This document shows, piece by piece, positions 27,699 through 37,581 of a stretch of DNA of 43,593 bases. Source of the DNA: Betaproteobacteria bacterium (lineage in GTDB: Bacteria; Pseudomonadota; Gammaproteobacteria; Burkholderiales; Casimicrobiaceae). A program made the translations under genes and the position numbers. Location: assembly GCA_013298455.1 (NCBI GenBank), contig JAAFHR010000001.1, positions 1-43,593 of the forward strand, given 5' to 3'. Below the pieces are notes generated by a model. That model did not search any database, was not told the origin of the DNA, and was given only the letters and a program-made list of their open reading frames with translations. Every line of letters begins with the position of its first letter. The first letter of the stretch is position 1.

Positions 27699-29120
27699 TT
27701 GAATTCCGTCGTTCGCGTGTCGGCCGAACAAAACACCATCAATGGCTTGATCGAGCGCGCTCGGCGCGCCCAAGCCATTGCCAACGGCTACGATCAAGCG
27801 CGCACCGATCTGCTCTGCGCAGCCGCCGCTTGGGCGATCATGGAGCCGGCCCACAACCAAGCCCTCGCTGAGCTCGCGGTGCGCGACACTGGGCTTGGCA
27901 ACGTCGCCGACAAAATCCAAAAAAACCACCGCAAAACACTCGGTTTGCTGCGCGATTTGCAGCACGCGAAATCGGTGGGGGTCATTCACGAAGATCGTGC
28001 AGCGGGCCTCACTGAAATTGCCCGCCCGGTCGGCGTGGTGGGCGCGATCACGCCGTCAACCAACCCCGGCGCGACGCCCGCCAACATGATCATCAACGCG
28101 ATGAAGGGCCGCAATGCCATCATCCTCGCGCCCTCGCCCAAAGGCTATTCAACAGCTGCACTGCTCCTCGAGTACGTGCACGCCGAATTCGACAAGCTTG
28201 GTGCACCACGTGATTTAGTGCAACTGTTACCCGCGCCGGTGAATAAAGCGATCACGCACGAGCTCTTGCAACAGGTTGATTTAATCGTCGCTACCGGATC
28301 GCAATCGAACATTCGCGCAGCGTATTCGAGCGGCAAACCGGCGTTTGGCGTCGGTGCTGGCAATGTCTCGGTGATCGTGCATTCCAGCGCAGATGTTGCG
28401 GCTGCCGCTGAGAAAATCGTTCGCTCAAAAACGTTTGACCACGCGACGAGCTGCTCGAGCGAAAACAGTGTGGTGATTGAAGACGCGGTGTTCGATGCAA
28501 TGATCGCAGCGCTCAAGGCGCAAGGGTGCGCTTTGCTAGACGAATCCGCCAAAGCACAATTGCAAGCGCGAATGTTTCCGGCGGGTCATTTGTCAGCGGA
28601 GTTCACGGCGAAAAGCGCGAGCGACATCGCAGCGCTCGCTGACCTTGGCAACATGAACGCCGCTCGCGTGTTGATGGTGCTGGAAACGGGCGTGGGCGCT
28701 GCTTTTCCGTTCAGCGGGGAAAAGCTCTCGCCGGTGCTCACGCTTTACCGTGCGAAAGATTTCGACGCGGCGGTCAAGCAAGTCGCAGAGATTTACGCGT
28801 TTCAAGGCGCGGGGCATTCGGTGGGGTTACATGCGTCCGCCGAACACGTTGAAGCACTGTCGATGCAACTCGGCGAAACGCTGCCCGTTGCCCGCGTGAT
28901 CGTCAACCAAGCGCACGCCATCGCCACCGGAGGCAGCTTCGATAACGGCTTGCCGTTTTCGCTATCGATGGGCTGCGGCACATGGGGCGGCAACAGTTTC
29001 AGCGACAACCTGAGCTACAAAAATTTTCTGAACATCACTCGAATTGCACGGCCGATTGCGCCGAGGAATGCTGATGAGACCGCGCTCTTTGCGCCGCTAT
29101 TTCGGGCGACCGGGCGGTAG
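27699..29120 (+). CDS. sauS: Sulfoacetaldehyde dehydrogenase (acylating)
   Basis: CoA-acylating ALDH motifs PSTNP, GVGAGN, SKTFDHATSCSSEN, GEKLSP, GCGTWG; KNHRKTLGLLRDL and GGSFDNGLPFSLS; context with xsc; TTG start. Confidence 0.88.
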   Translation: MNSVVRVSAEQNTINGLIERARRAQAIANGYDQARTDLLCAAAAWAIMEPAHNQALAELAVRDTGLGNVADKIQKNHRKTLGLLRDLQHAKSVGVIHEDRAAGLTEIARPVGVVGAITPSTNPGATPANMIINAMKGRNAIILAPSPKGYSTAALLLEYVHAEFDKLGAPRDLVQLLPAPVNKAITHELLQQVDLIVATGSQSNIRAAYSSGKPAFGVGAGNVSVIVHSSADVAAAAEKIVRSKTFDHATSCSSENSVVIEDAVFDAMIAALKAQGCALLDESAKAQLQARMFPAGHLSAEFTAKSASDIAALADLGNMNAARVLMVLETGVGAAFPFSGEKLSPVLTLYRAKDFDAAVKQVAEIYAFQGAGHSVGLHASAEHVEALSMQLGETLPVARVIVNQAHAIATGGSFDNGLPFSLSMGCGTWGGNSFSDNLSYKNFLNITRIARPIAPRNADETALFAPLFRATGR

Positions 29121-29171
29121 TCGTGCTTCAACGCTGGCTTCCTCTCGATGAACATGACTCAGACGAATTTC

Positions 29172-29272
29172 TTGTCATCCTGAGCAGAGCGAAGGATCAG
29201 CTGGGCACACGCTGCGCTCCCTACGAACAGGTCTGTTCGCGACCTGATGTTTCGCTCCGCTCAACATGACAA
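29172..29272. repeat. GTCAT-type REP-like inverted repeat element
   Basis: Arms TTGTCATCCTGAGCAGAGCGAAGGATCAG and (reverse complement) TTGTCATGTTGAGCGGAGCGAAACATCAG. Confidence 0.8.
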
Positions 29273-29416
29273 CTTGACTCGCCAAGCTTAGCGCTGAGTC
29301 GTCAAGAGAGTCGAGTGCGGCTCAAGTCGCTCGAATTGACCGCTGCCATTCCCGCAAGGGTGGAAATGACGGCATCAGACTCAAGAATGCCCCACCAAAC
29401 TGCTCACGTCACTCCA

Positions 29417-30946
29417 ATGCTTCCAACCTTTCACACGCTTCGCGGCGCGCTGCTTCATCACGCCAACGCGCAGCCTGACGCTACGTTTTTAGTCGCCCCG
29501 GAAACCAAGCGCACGTTGACCTATCGCGCACTCGCCGCTGAATCAGCGCATCTCGCGCAACGCCTTACAAAATGGGGCATCGAGCCCGGTTCACACGTCG
29601 GCTTTTTACTGCACAACGGCTACCAAACCGCGTCGATTTTTGTGGGCACGATGGCTGCAGGCTACGTGTCAGTGCCGCTCAATTTGCTCTCGCAACCAGC
29701 GCAGCTTTCCTACGTGTTGGCGCATTCGAAAGTGCGTGTGGTGTTTACGTCCACGCACTATGAAGCAACGCTTCGTGCGGCGGTGGCATTGCTCGCGGCG
29801 GAGGTTGCAGCGACGATCCGGGTTGAGGTGATTGACTCGGATTTGCCGAGTGAAATCCCGCTCGAAACAGCGGCGACCTTCGCGGCGGAACCGCTCCTAC
29901 GGAGCTCTAGTCCGGCACTTTTGATGTACACATCAGGCACGACCGGCAAGCCCAAAGGTGCGCTGCTGACACACGCCAATGTGCTTCACGCCGCGCAATC
30001 GGTCATCGCATGGCATGGCTTGAAGCCCAGTGATCGCGTGCTTTCATCGCTACCGCTCTATCACATCAACGGTCAATGCGTGGCTACGATTGCGCCGTTT
30101 GTGAGCGGCGGCAGCATCGTTGCGCCGCATAAGTTTTCAGCGAGCGCTTGGTGGCATTGGGTCGCGGCGTTTCAGCCCACGTGGATCAACGTCGTGCCCA
30201 CGATCATCGCGTATTTATTAAACGCCGCAGACGGCAAATCATCGCATCACCCGAGCGTTCGCTTCGCACGATCCGCATCGGCCCCGCTGCCGCCCGAACA
30301 ACACAAAACGTTCGAGCAAACGTTTCACATCGGCGTGATCGAAGCGATGGGCATGACCGAATGTGCGTCAGTCGTGTTTTGCAATCCGCAGGACGCAAGC
30401 GAACGAAAGTACGGCACGCCAGGCCTACCCTGCGGCGTTGAAGCGCGAGTCGTTTCAACCGACGACGGACGCGTTTTACCAACAGGCGAAACCGGCGAGC
30501 TGCAACTTCGCGGCGACAACGTGATGCTCGGCTATTTCAACGATGCCGAAAAAACGCGAGAAGCGCTCATCGAAGACGGCTGGCTCCGCACCGGCGACGT
30601 CGGTCATCGCGATAGCGACGGCTTCTATTTCGTCACCGGCCGAATCAAAGAGCTCATCATCAAAGGAGGTGAAAACATCGCCCCGCGAGAAATCGACGAA
30701 GCACTGCTTTTGCATCCGGCCGTGTTGGAAGCCGCCGCAGTCGGCATCCCCGACAAAAACTACGGCCAAGACATCATGGCTGCTGTCGTGCTTAAAGACG
30801 GCGCAGTTTGCAGCACTGCGGAGTTAACCGCGCATTGCATCGAACACCTCGGGAAATTCAAAACGCCGAAAGAGTTTCGCTTCGTCAACGATCTGCCGAA
30901 AGGGCCATCCGGGAAGGTGCAGCGGTTGAAGTTGCTAGAGGGCTAG
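29417..30946 (+). CDS. sauT: Sulfoacetate-CoA ligase (AMP-forming acyl-CoA synthetase)
   Basis: YTSGTTGKPKG, LPLYHING, RSASAPL, GWLRTGD, KELIIKGGENIAPREIDE, LPKGPSGKVQRL; follows sauS; start uncertain (29387 or 29417). Confidence 0.82.
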   Translation: MLPTFHTLRGALLHHANAQPDATFLVAPETKRTLTYRALAAESAHLAQRLTKWGIEPGSHVGFLLHNGYQTASIFVGTMAAGYVSVPLNLLSQPAQLSYVLAHSKVRVVFTSTHYEATLRAAVALLAAEVAATIRVEVIDSDLPSEIPLETAATFAAEPLLRSSSPALLMYTSGTTGKPKGALLTHANVLHAAQSVIAWHGLKPSDRVLSSLPLYHINGQCVATIAPFVSGGSIVAPHKFSASAWWHWVAAFQPTWINVVPTIIAYLLNAADGKSSHHPSVRFARSASAPLPPEQHKTFEQTFHIGVIEAMGMTECASVVFCNPQDASERKYGTPGLPCGVEARVVSTDDGRVLPTGETGELQLRGDNVMLGYFNDAEKTREALIEDGWLRTGDVGHRDSDGFYFVTGRIKELIIKGGENIAPREIDEALLLHPAVLEAAAVGIPDKNYGQDIMAAVVLKDGAVCSTAELTAHCIEHLGKFKTPKEFRFVNDLPKGPSGKVQRLKLLEG

Positions 30947-31113
30947 CGAATCAGACCCGCGTGCGAAGTAGGGATCCACTCCGAAAAACACTAACTGGTG
31001 TCCGCAGTATCGACGAACTGACAATTTGATTCGCTACGGATTTGGCAGCTGGCAAATCCGCGGAACCGGTCGGCGACTCCTTAAGCATTGAGCGCCCGAG
31101 TTTCAACAAGTGT

Positions 31114-34100
31114 TCAGGGAGTGACGCGTCGCCACCAAATTCCAAAGTCGTTGTTGGTATCGGAGTTGTCTCGAAAGTAACAATCAGTAGGAGCAAAGCT
31201 GATGGAAGTCGCGTTGGGGGGCACTACGACTTTTACCCAGTATCGTGGTATGCCAAAGTCTTGAGCAATCTCCGATGTGTAGTTAGTGAACCCACCGCAC
31301 GGGCTAGCCGTCGTAACGTAGAACACATTCGAGTTTGGCGCAGGAAAAACGGGGCCGCCGCCTGAATTGAACACTGCTCCCATATTGTCTGAGAGATCAA
31401 GTGCCCCGCCATTGCTGTAGAAACCAGCGACGCGCACCTCGATAGCATCGCCCGCCGCCAGACCAAGCGAAGCGATGCTCACAGTGGTCGCCGCATCCGC
31501 TATGTCGGTTGGGTGCGTTGGTAAGTAGCTCCCACGTGAATTGACCCAGATAAATTGCGCACGCTCAACGTTATGCTGAAACTGCGTCAACGACGGATGG
31601 AATTTCTCGTCACCCTGAAACTCCAGTTTCAGTTGCTGTGACTGGGCGGGTGCGGGAAGAGAGGCAACGCACGTGCCTTCGCCGTTGGCTCCCAGCGTTA
31701 GTTCGCACAGTAAAGTCCCGGCGGCGCTGCTTACCCTCACGGTACCGGTCGGCACGCTCGTCTCATACAAGCGATCATTTGCCGCAGCCAGACGCTGCAC
31801 CCTCGCCCGAATGACGAACGAAGACTCGTTGAATGAGGGATTTTCAAAAGTCGATGCCGTGGTCACGGAGTTAGCGCGGATTTCGCACTTACCGAAGGGC
31901 CACGTCCGCGAAACGAGCTCGCCCTTAGCAATCTCCCACCTGTTTTTGAACGGAGGAATGAAATTGGCGAAACCCGTGAAAGTTGAATACCCCACCAATG
32001 ACCAACCTAACGAGGCCTGAAGCTCCAAACAGTACTGGGGACTGGCCTTCATAGATGCGAGAGAAGTTGCCACCTTGACTAACGCCGGCGCTACCTTGCC
32101 AGTCATACTGCCTTCAGCGATCAATGCTGCGGTCAATCCTAGATACGCATTGCCAAGCAGCGCCAGTTCGACCCCAACCTCGAGCGCGAGCGAAACACTG
32201 GTAGTTGTGGAAATCGGTACGATTCCAATGCTGGTAGCGCTATCAACAATCGTCCATTTCTCACTGTCATCGGCGGGTGACAGCGACCTCGGGCCAACGA
32301 TCTGCGTCACGGCTCTTGGTGGCTGTTGATTGCCTAGCTCGATTACGATCTGTGTCGCATTAGAGAACGAAAAGACCTTGCCGACTAGGTCAACTTTCGC
32401 ATCCACTGCGATGCAAAGCGGTACTTTGACCATGAAAGCACCCGCCGCGGCGGTGATTGGAAAACTGAATTCCCCAAGCCGTACGCGCTTCACTTGCGCC
32501 CTCGGACTGCCCGAAGAGCAAACGTCGTCGGGGGCGGTCGGGGAAGCTTCCCCGCTGACCTGGAGCGCGATTTCACCCTCCAGTCGAATTTGGATGGTTC
32601 CACGACCCGTGTTCTTGATCGGATCCCAGCGACTCAAGTCCCGCGATATGCCCACGGCGAAATAGCCTGGCACATTGACAGCCTTGTAGAACTCGGAACT
32701 AAACACAAAGTCGCACCTTCGCCCAAACTGCAATCCACCACCGGCTTGGATAACGCACCCCTTTTCGTTAGCGGCCGTTGACACACCGCCCGGCACCTTC
32801 AGCGCGCTAGGGGTCTTGAGAACGGGATCCTGCGAAGTGAGCTCAAGGGTCGCGAAAAGCTCATCTAATGCCGGCGGTCCTATCCGGAAGCGCTCGTGCG
32901 CGCCATTTGCAGTAAGTCCCATTGAGCCCAAAAGCTTAAACGCAGTTCGATCAACGATTACTACATCCCCCACCGCGTAGCCTCGATTGATAGGCGCATC
33001 AAGCATGTCAATCGCAGGACGAACGAAGTTGTTGACTTCGGCCGGTGTCGCTTGTTTCACGCCAGTCTGCAGTTCCCACTGCGCTGAAATCTGTTCTGAT
33101 TCGATAGGATCGTTACATCGACGAAGCCAACTCTCTATGGCGGCCACATCAGTTCTCGCGGAGCTCGAAAGGTCGAGCCCCTGCACGAGCGACTGTCCTG
33201 AGTATCCCATGAGAAATCGCTGAATGATGACTCCAGCGATCTCTGCTGACACGGTGCCAGCACCGGTCACGTCGAAACCGAAGCCCGACAGTACCTCGCG
33301 TATCGAAGCATCAGTCACAACGCGAGCGGTTGACGTAGTCCCACCCGCCGCGAGGCCGTTAGACAAGTTGCGCAAGTAGCGGACGATCATGAGACCATCC
33401 GTTGTTGCCAACGTACGACCGTCCTCGTCGACGTCGAGTCGGCATTCGGATGCTGCGCGCTCGTATGCACCGATGTCCACGCCGCCTCCCGCAAGTCTGT
33501 CGTATCCATCACCTCGGGCATCGAACGACAAATTCAGTGGATTTTTTCCTTTGTCAATGGCTGGGCTCGCCTCGGAAATTGCAAGCGAACGACCAGCGCC
33601 GCCGTTGAAAGAAATCGGGCGAAGCATCGCGTTCGCGACACACTGGTTGTTGTTCGACGCACACCAGAAGCCCGAGCCATCCGACTCGCCCTCGAACAGT
33701 GAATGACTAATAAAAGTCTTCGCAGTATCGAGCACGAAGGTGACGTTGCTCATTCGAGACGCGGGCGTTGCACCTGCAATGATTGAGCTAGTCACGGCAA
33801 CAATGCCATTAAAGTTCGGTGGCGAGCTAGGGTTACCAGGGTTGTACGCAGAAAGCCCGAGGGCTTCTTGATATTGCGCTTTGTTTCTCGCGATCGTGCT
33901 GTTTGCGATCGTCACGTTTACCGCGTTAGACTGGACGATAGGGTTGAAGGCTTGTACGGCAAATACGCCACCACCGCCAACCACCTCGTTACCGCTTATC
34001 GTTGTGTTCACGAACTCATAAATGCCGGGCGTCTCTAAGTAAATCGTTCCGAAGCCACCGCTGGCACTCGCCGTTCCGGTAGTCAAATTGTCTGAAACCT

Positions 34101-35721
34101 CAACACCTTGCATTCGAAAGCGATTTGCGAGTGGCGGAAGTACGGGCGCGGGGACTCCGTTCTGATCATGCGTCATGTAACTTGCTGCGACTCGGAACGC
34201 ACCGATATGAAAATCTGAAGTGTTACCAACGATTCTGCTGTCTGTTATCTCAACGTTCGTATTGTTAGAAAAACTACCGCCTCCACTACCGGCGTAGCTA
34301 TTTGAGCCCCGCTGAACGGCATTGTTTGCGACGGTCCATTTCCTAAGTCGGACGGATCCACTGTCGGAAATTTCGAAGCCGCCGGTACTCCCACTCGAGA
34401 CAGAGTTGCGCTCAATCGCAACGTCGTTCGCGACGAGGGCTAACGCGTTCACGACACGCATGCCTCCGATGAAACCGAACGCATTGTTGTCGGCGACTCT
34501 CAATCCATTCATACTCAGATCGGCCACGCTCTCAAACGTTACCCCACCGACGCCGCCATTGGACGCCACATTTGAGGAGACCTCGCTGACTGCTATGGAC
34601 AGGCGGGGCACCGACACGATCTGCAGACCACCGAAGTTTGATCCGGCTCGGTTGTCTTTAATTTGCAACGAGTTGATCGTGACCAAGCCGCCAATAGAAG
34701 CAATCCGCAATCCACCTGTATCCGAGGTGGTAGCGCGATTGCCCACCACACCGACACGATCAATTTGAACCGTTCGTGCTCTGGATACTGAACCACCGCC
34801 GAAGCTACCACTCGCCGTGTTGGCATCTCCGGCGAGCTTTCCACCGACCACCACATCGCTGAGGCTGACGTTCCCCAGCGCTCCCGAGTTGGAACCCAAA
34901 AAGAATGCGCCGCCGCCCGCCGCTGTGCTGCCACTGCCAGCAACCACTGCGTTGCCCATGAACTTTGTGTTCGAAAGCGTGACGTTTGGCAGCAGAGTGT
35001 TTGAAAGGTTGTCCCGGGCGCGCACAAAGAGCGCACCGCCAGCAGCGTTATTAACGCTGTTGTCTGCGATGCAATTGGTAAAGTTCACGTTTAGCAGCGA
35101 CGTGCTCGCAAAGCTGAGTAAGCAACCGCCTGCACCTACCGTGCGACTATTTTGGAGGTTAATGTTTTGAAGCTTGACTTCAACAAGATCAGTAGAATTT
35201 GTGGGCAGCGCGGCAAGTATTCGACGTGACACGGAAGGGGACTGCCGCAGTCCACCGTCGAGTGTGATGCGCGAGGATGAACTGCCAGGTATCGCGCCGT
35301 CAATCGTCAAGGTGCCAGTCGCCACCAACACGCTCGTCGTGTTGCTGGTACCGATGTCCATTCCGCGAGTTGCGTCTACTGTGATCGTAGCGCTGCCGAG
35401 CGACGGGGCGAAGACGATGTTGTCCACGCCTCCTGCTGAGAATGCGGTGTTGTTCGCGGCCTTGCAGCCAAACGCGCCTCCGATTGGCGAGTCGCGATTG
35501 GCTGCGTGGATAGCCATCCTCAGAGTGCATTTCTGTCCCGCCAGAGTGACCAAGTTGCCTGCTGAGTCAGTAATCGCGAGGTCAGAATCGCGCACGTGGA
35601 CGTCGTCAGCTGCGGAGTCGACAACCAATGTGGCGGCCGACACGCTTGTCGCTGCTACGCACGACAAGATACACACTGAAGCGATAGCCCTAAACCAAAC
35701 CGAATCACTCAAACTCTGCAT
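31114..35721 (-). CDS. Large secreted mosaic surface protein (CSLREA-like, beta-helix repeats, choice-of-anchor Q-like, dockerin-like, Ig-like)
   Basis: GAGGG RBS and ATG 35721; signal peptide ending VSA|AT; CTLRMAI; N..GG repeats; NGG...SPAIDKG...DARG...VDIGAYE; CRLDVDEDG..ATTDGL; PTGTV...YQ/FQGDEKF Ig-like pattern. Confidence 0.8.
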   Translation of the reverse strand: MQSLSDSVWFRAIASVCILSCVAATSVSAATLVVDSAADDVHVRDSDLAITDSAGNLVTLAGQKCTLRMAIHAANRDSPIGGAFGCKAANNTAFSAGGVDNIVFAPSLGSATITVDATRGMDIGTSNTTSVLVATGTLTIDGAIPGSSSSRITLDGGLRQSPSVSRRILAALPTNSTDLVEVKLQNINLQNSRTVGAGGCLLSFASTSLLNVNFTNCIADNSVNNAAGGALFVRARDNLSNTLLPNVTLSNTKFMGNAVVAGSGSTAAGGGAFFLGSNSGALGNVSLSDVVVGGKLAGDANTASGSFGGGSVSRARTVQIDRVGVVGNRATTSDTGGLRIASIGGLVTINSLQIKDNRAGSNFGGLQIVSVPRLSIAVSEVSSNVASNGGVGGVTFESVADLSMNGLRVADNNAFGFIGGMRVVNALALVANDVAIERNSVSSGSTGGFEISDSGSVRLRKWTVANNAVQRGSNSYAGSGGGSFSNNTNVEITDSRIVGNTSDFHIGAFRVAASYMTHDQNGVPAPVLPPLANRFRMQGVEVSDNLTTGTASASGGFGTIYLETPGIYEFVNTTISGNEVVGGGGVFAVQAFNPIVQSNAVNVTIANSTIARNKAQYQEALGLSAYNPGNPSSPPNFNGIVAVTSSIIAGATPASRMSNVTFVLDTAKTFISHSLFEGESDGSGFWCASNNNQCVANAMLRPISFNGGAGRSLAISEASPAIDKGKNPLNLSFDARGDGYDRLAGGGVDIGAYERAASECRLDVDEDGRTLATTDGLMIVRYLRNLSNGLAAGGTTSTARVVTDASIREVLSGFGFDVTGAGTVSAEIAGVIIQRFLMGYSGQSLVQGLDLSSSARTDVAAIESWLRRCNDPIESEQISAQWELQTGVKQATPAEVNNFVRPAIDMLDAPINRGYAVGDVVIVDRTAFKLLGSMGLTANGAHERFRIGPPALDELFATLELTSQDPVLKTPSALKVPGGVSTAANEKGCVIQAGGGLQFGRRCDFVFSSEFYKAVNVPGYFAVGISRDLSRWDPIKNTGRGTIQIRLEGEIALQVSGEASPTAPDDVCSSGSPRAQVKRVRLGEFSFPITAAAGAFMVKVPLCIAVDAKVDLVGKVFSFSNATQIVIELGNQQPPRAVTQIVGPRSLSPADDSEKWTIVDSATSIGIVPISTTTSVSLALEVGVELALLGNAYLGLTAALIAEGSMTGKVAPALVKVATSLASMKASPQYCLELQASLGWSLVGYSTFTGFANFIPPFKNRWEIAKGELVSRTWPFGKCEIRANSVTTASTFENPSFNESSFVIRARVQRLAAANDRLYETSVPTGTVRVSSAAGTLLCELTLGANGEGTCVASLPAPAQSQQLKLEFQGDEKFHPSLTQFQHNVERAQFIWVNSRGSYLPTHPTDIADAATTVSIASLGLAAGDAIEVRVAGFYSNGGALDLSDNMGAVFNSGGGPVFPAPNSNVFYVTTASPCGGFTNYTSEIAQDFGIPRYWVKVVVPPNATSISFAPTDCYFRDNSDTNNDFGIWWRRVTP

Positions 35722-36008
35722 GACTGTCCCTCGTTGATACCAGCCTCCATCAGATACTAACGGAAGAACTTGACGAGTGCTAGTACGATTCGCCAATCCC
35801 CGTCGCACGCAATGCGCAGCAACACTTGATGCTAGCGGCCTCTACCATAGAGCGCCCTACCTAAGCGCGTAGGAAGGAGAAGGAGATGGCCGCCTCGTCC
35901 TGACGCGCCGGGCAGACGCCTGAATGGCACGACCCGCAAAAAAACTTGCGCTGAGAACGCTGCTTTGATCAGAAACACGTCTCGATCACTTTTTTGCGCT
36001 TCTGTAAG

Positions 36009-37445
36009 CTAACCATGCCGAATCACCACCGTCTTCATCACGCTAAATCCATACAGCGCTTCGAAGCCTTTTTCGCGGCCGTAGCCGGATGATTTGACGC
36101 CGCCGAAGGGGAGCTCTACGCCACCGCCTGCGCCGTAGTTGTTGATGAAGACTTGACCGGCTTTGACGGCGCGCGCCATGCGTAGGCCGCGTCCGCCGTT
36201 TTCTGTCCACACGCCCGCGACAAGGCCGTATTCGGTGGCGTTGGCGAGCGCGATGGCATCGGCTTCGTCTTTGAACGGCATGGCGGCAAGTACGGGGCCG
36301 AAGACTTCGTCTTGCGCCAAGGCGGCTTTGGTGGGTACATCGGCAATCAATGTGGGTTTGGTGTAGAAACCCGCCGCTGGCGACTCCGGTGCGATGCTGC
36401 CTTGGGCGATGAAGCGTAGGTTCGCCGATTTCGCGTCGGACAAGAATCCATTGACGCGATCGAGCTGCGTTTGGCGGATAAGCGGGCCCACATCCAAATC
36501 CATCGCGGCTGGCCCAACTTTCAATGCGGCGATGCGTGACGCGAGCAGCGACAACACTCGCTCATACGCGCTCGCTTCGATCAACAGTCGCGAACCGGCG
36601 CTACACGTTTGTCCGGCGTTTTGAATGATGGCGTTAACGATCACCGGGAGCGCTTCGTCGAGATTTGCATCAGCGAACACGATCTGCGGTGATTTTCCGC
36701 CGAGCTCCAGCGTTACCGGAACATGCCGTTTTGCGGCGCTTTGCGCGATGATCGTTCCGACCCGCGCTGAGCCAGTAAACGAGATGTGATCGATACCGAA
36801 AGCATCGGCGAGCGCTTGACCGGCCTCATGGCCATAGCCGGTAACGATGTTTAACGCGCCGTCTGGAAAGCCGCATTCAGCGGCGAGTTCAGCGATACGA
36901 AGCAATGACAAACACGCGTCTTCGGCGGGCTTCACCACACACGCATTGCCCGCTGCGAGCGCTCCGCCCACTGAGCGTCCGAAAATTTGCATCGGGTAAT
37001 TCCAGGGGATGATGTGGCCGGTAACGCCGTGCGGCTCGTACACCGTCATCACCGCAAAACCGGGCGTGTACGGAATCGTTTCGCCGTGCAATTTGTCGCA
37101 CGCACCGGCGTAGTATTCGAAGTAGCGAGCGCAGGCCGTGGCGTCAGCTTTGGCTTGTTTGACAGGCTTGCCGCAGTCGCGCATTTCAAGCGTAGCAAGC
37201 TCATCATGATTCGCCAGAATCGCGTCAGAAAGCTTGCGAAGCAGTCGTCCGCGCTCAACCGGAGCGAGCCGAGACCATGCGCCGCCATCAGCTGCGGTGC
37301 GTGCCGCTCGAATCGCGGTTGCAATGTCGGTCGCGTTGCCACGCGCCAACTGAGCAAAGACTTGGCCGTCGCTCGGATCGAGTACGGCGATCGACTCGCC
37401 GCTGCTACCGGGGACGCGCTGGTTGTTGATGAAATGAGTTGTCAT
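36009..37445 (-). CDS. Aldehyde dehydrogenase family protein
   Basis: IIPWNYP, KPAE, FTGS, LELGGKSP, catalytic GQTCSAG, EVFGPV, PFGG. Confidence 0.95.
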   Translation of the reverse strand: MTTHFINNQRVPGSSGESIAVLDPSDGQVFAQLARGNATDIATAIRAARTAADGGAWSRLAPVERGRLLRKLSDAILANHDELATLEMRDCGKPVKQAKADATACARYFEYYAGACDKLHGETIPYTPGFAVMTVYEPHGVTGHIIPWNYPMQIFGRSVGGALAAGNACVVKPAEDACLSLLRIAELAAECGFPDGALNIVTGYGHEAGQALADAFGIDHISFTGSARVGTIIAQSAAKRHVPVTLELGGKSPQIVFADANLDEALPVIVNAIIQNAGQTCSAGSRLLIEASAYERVLSLLASRIAALKVGPAAMDLDVGPLIRQTQLDRVNGFLSDAKSANLRFIAQGSIAPESPAAGFYTKPTLIADVPTKAALAQDEVFGPVLAAMPFKDEADAIALANATEYGLVAGVWTENGGRGLRMARAVKAGQVFINNYGAGGGVELPFGGVKSSGYGREKGFEALYGFSVMKTVVIRHG

Positions 37446-37581
37446 GTGATGCGCTCAGTGTCTGGCGTGATGGATTGGCTTCGAGCACTTGTTGCAATTT
37501 CGAAACGACTACGCTTCGATTTAGCCAATGTCTCGGGGCATCACACCTATAAATACGAGATCAGAGCATAGTCGAGTGAGC

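Noticed and set aside
17189-30946. Functional coupling of sulfonate-derived sulfite oxidation to the adjacent cytochrome c oxidase
   Set aside because: Only adjacency supports it; no sulfite dehydrogenase is present, and the cox cluster has its standard upstream DUF2244 gene
30947-31113. Hairpin CGGATTTG...CAAATCCG and an 81-aa ORF between sauT and the large gene
   Set aside because: Hairpin lacks a U-tract; the ORF overlaps the large gene and has no recognisable features
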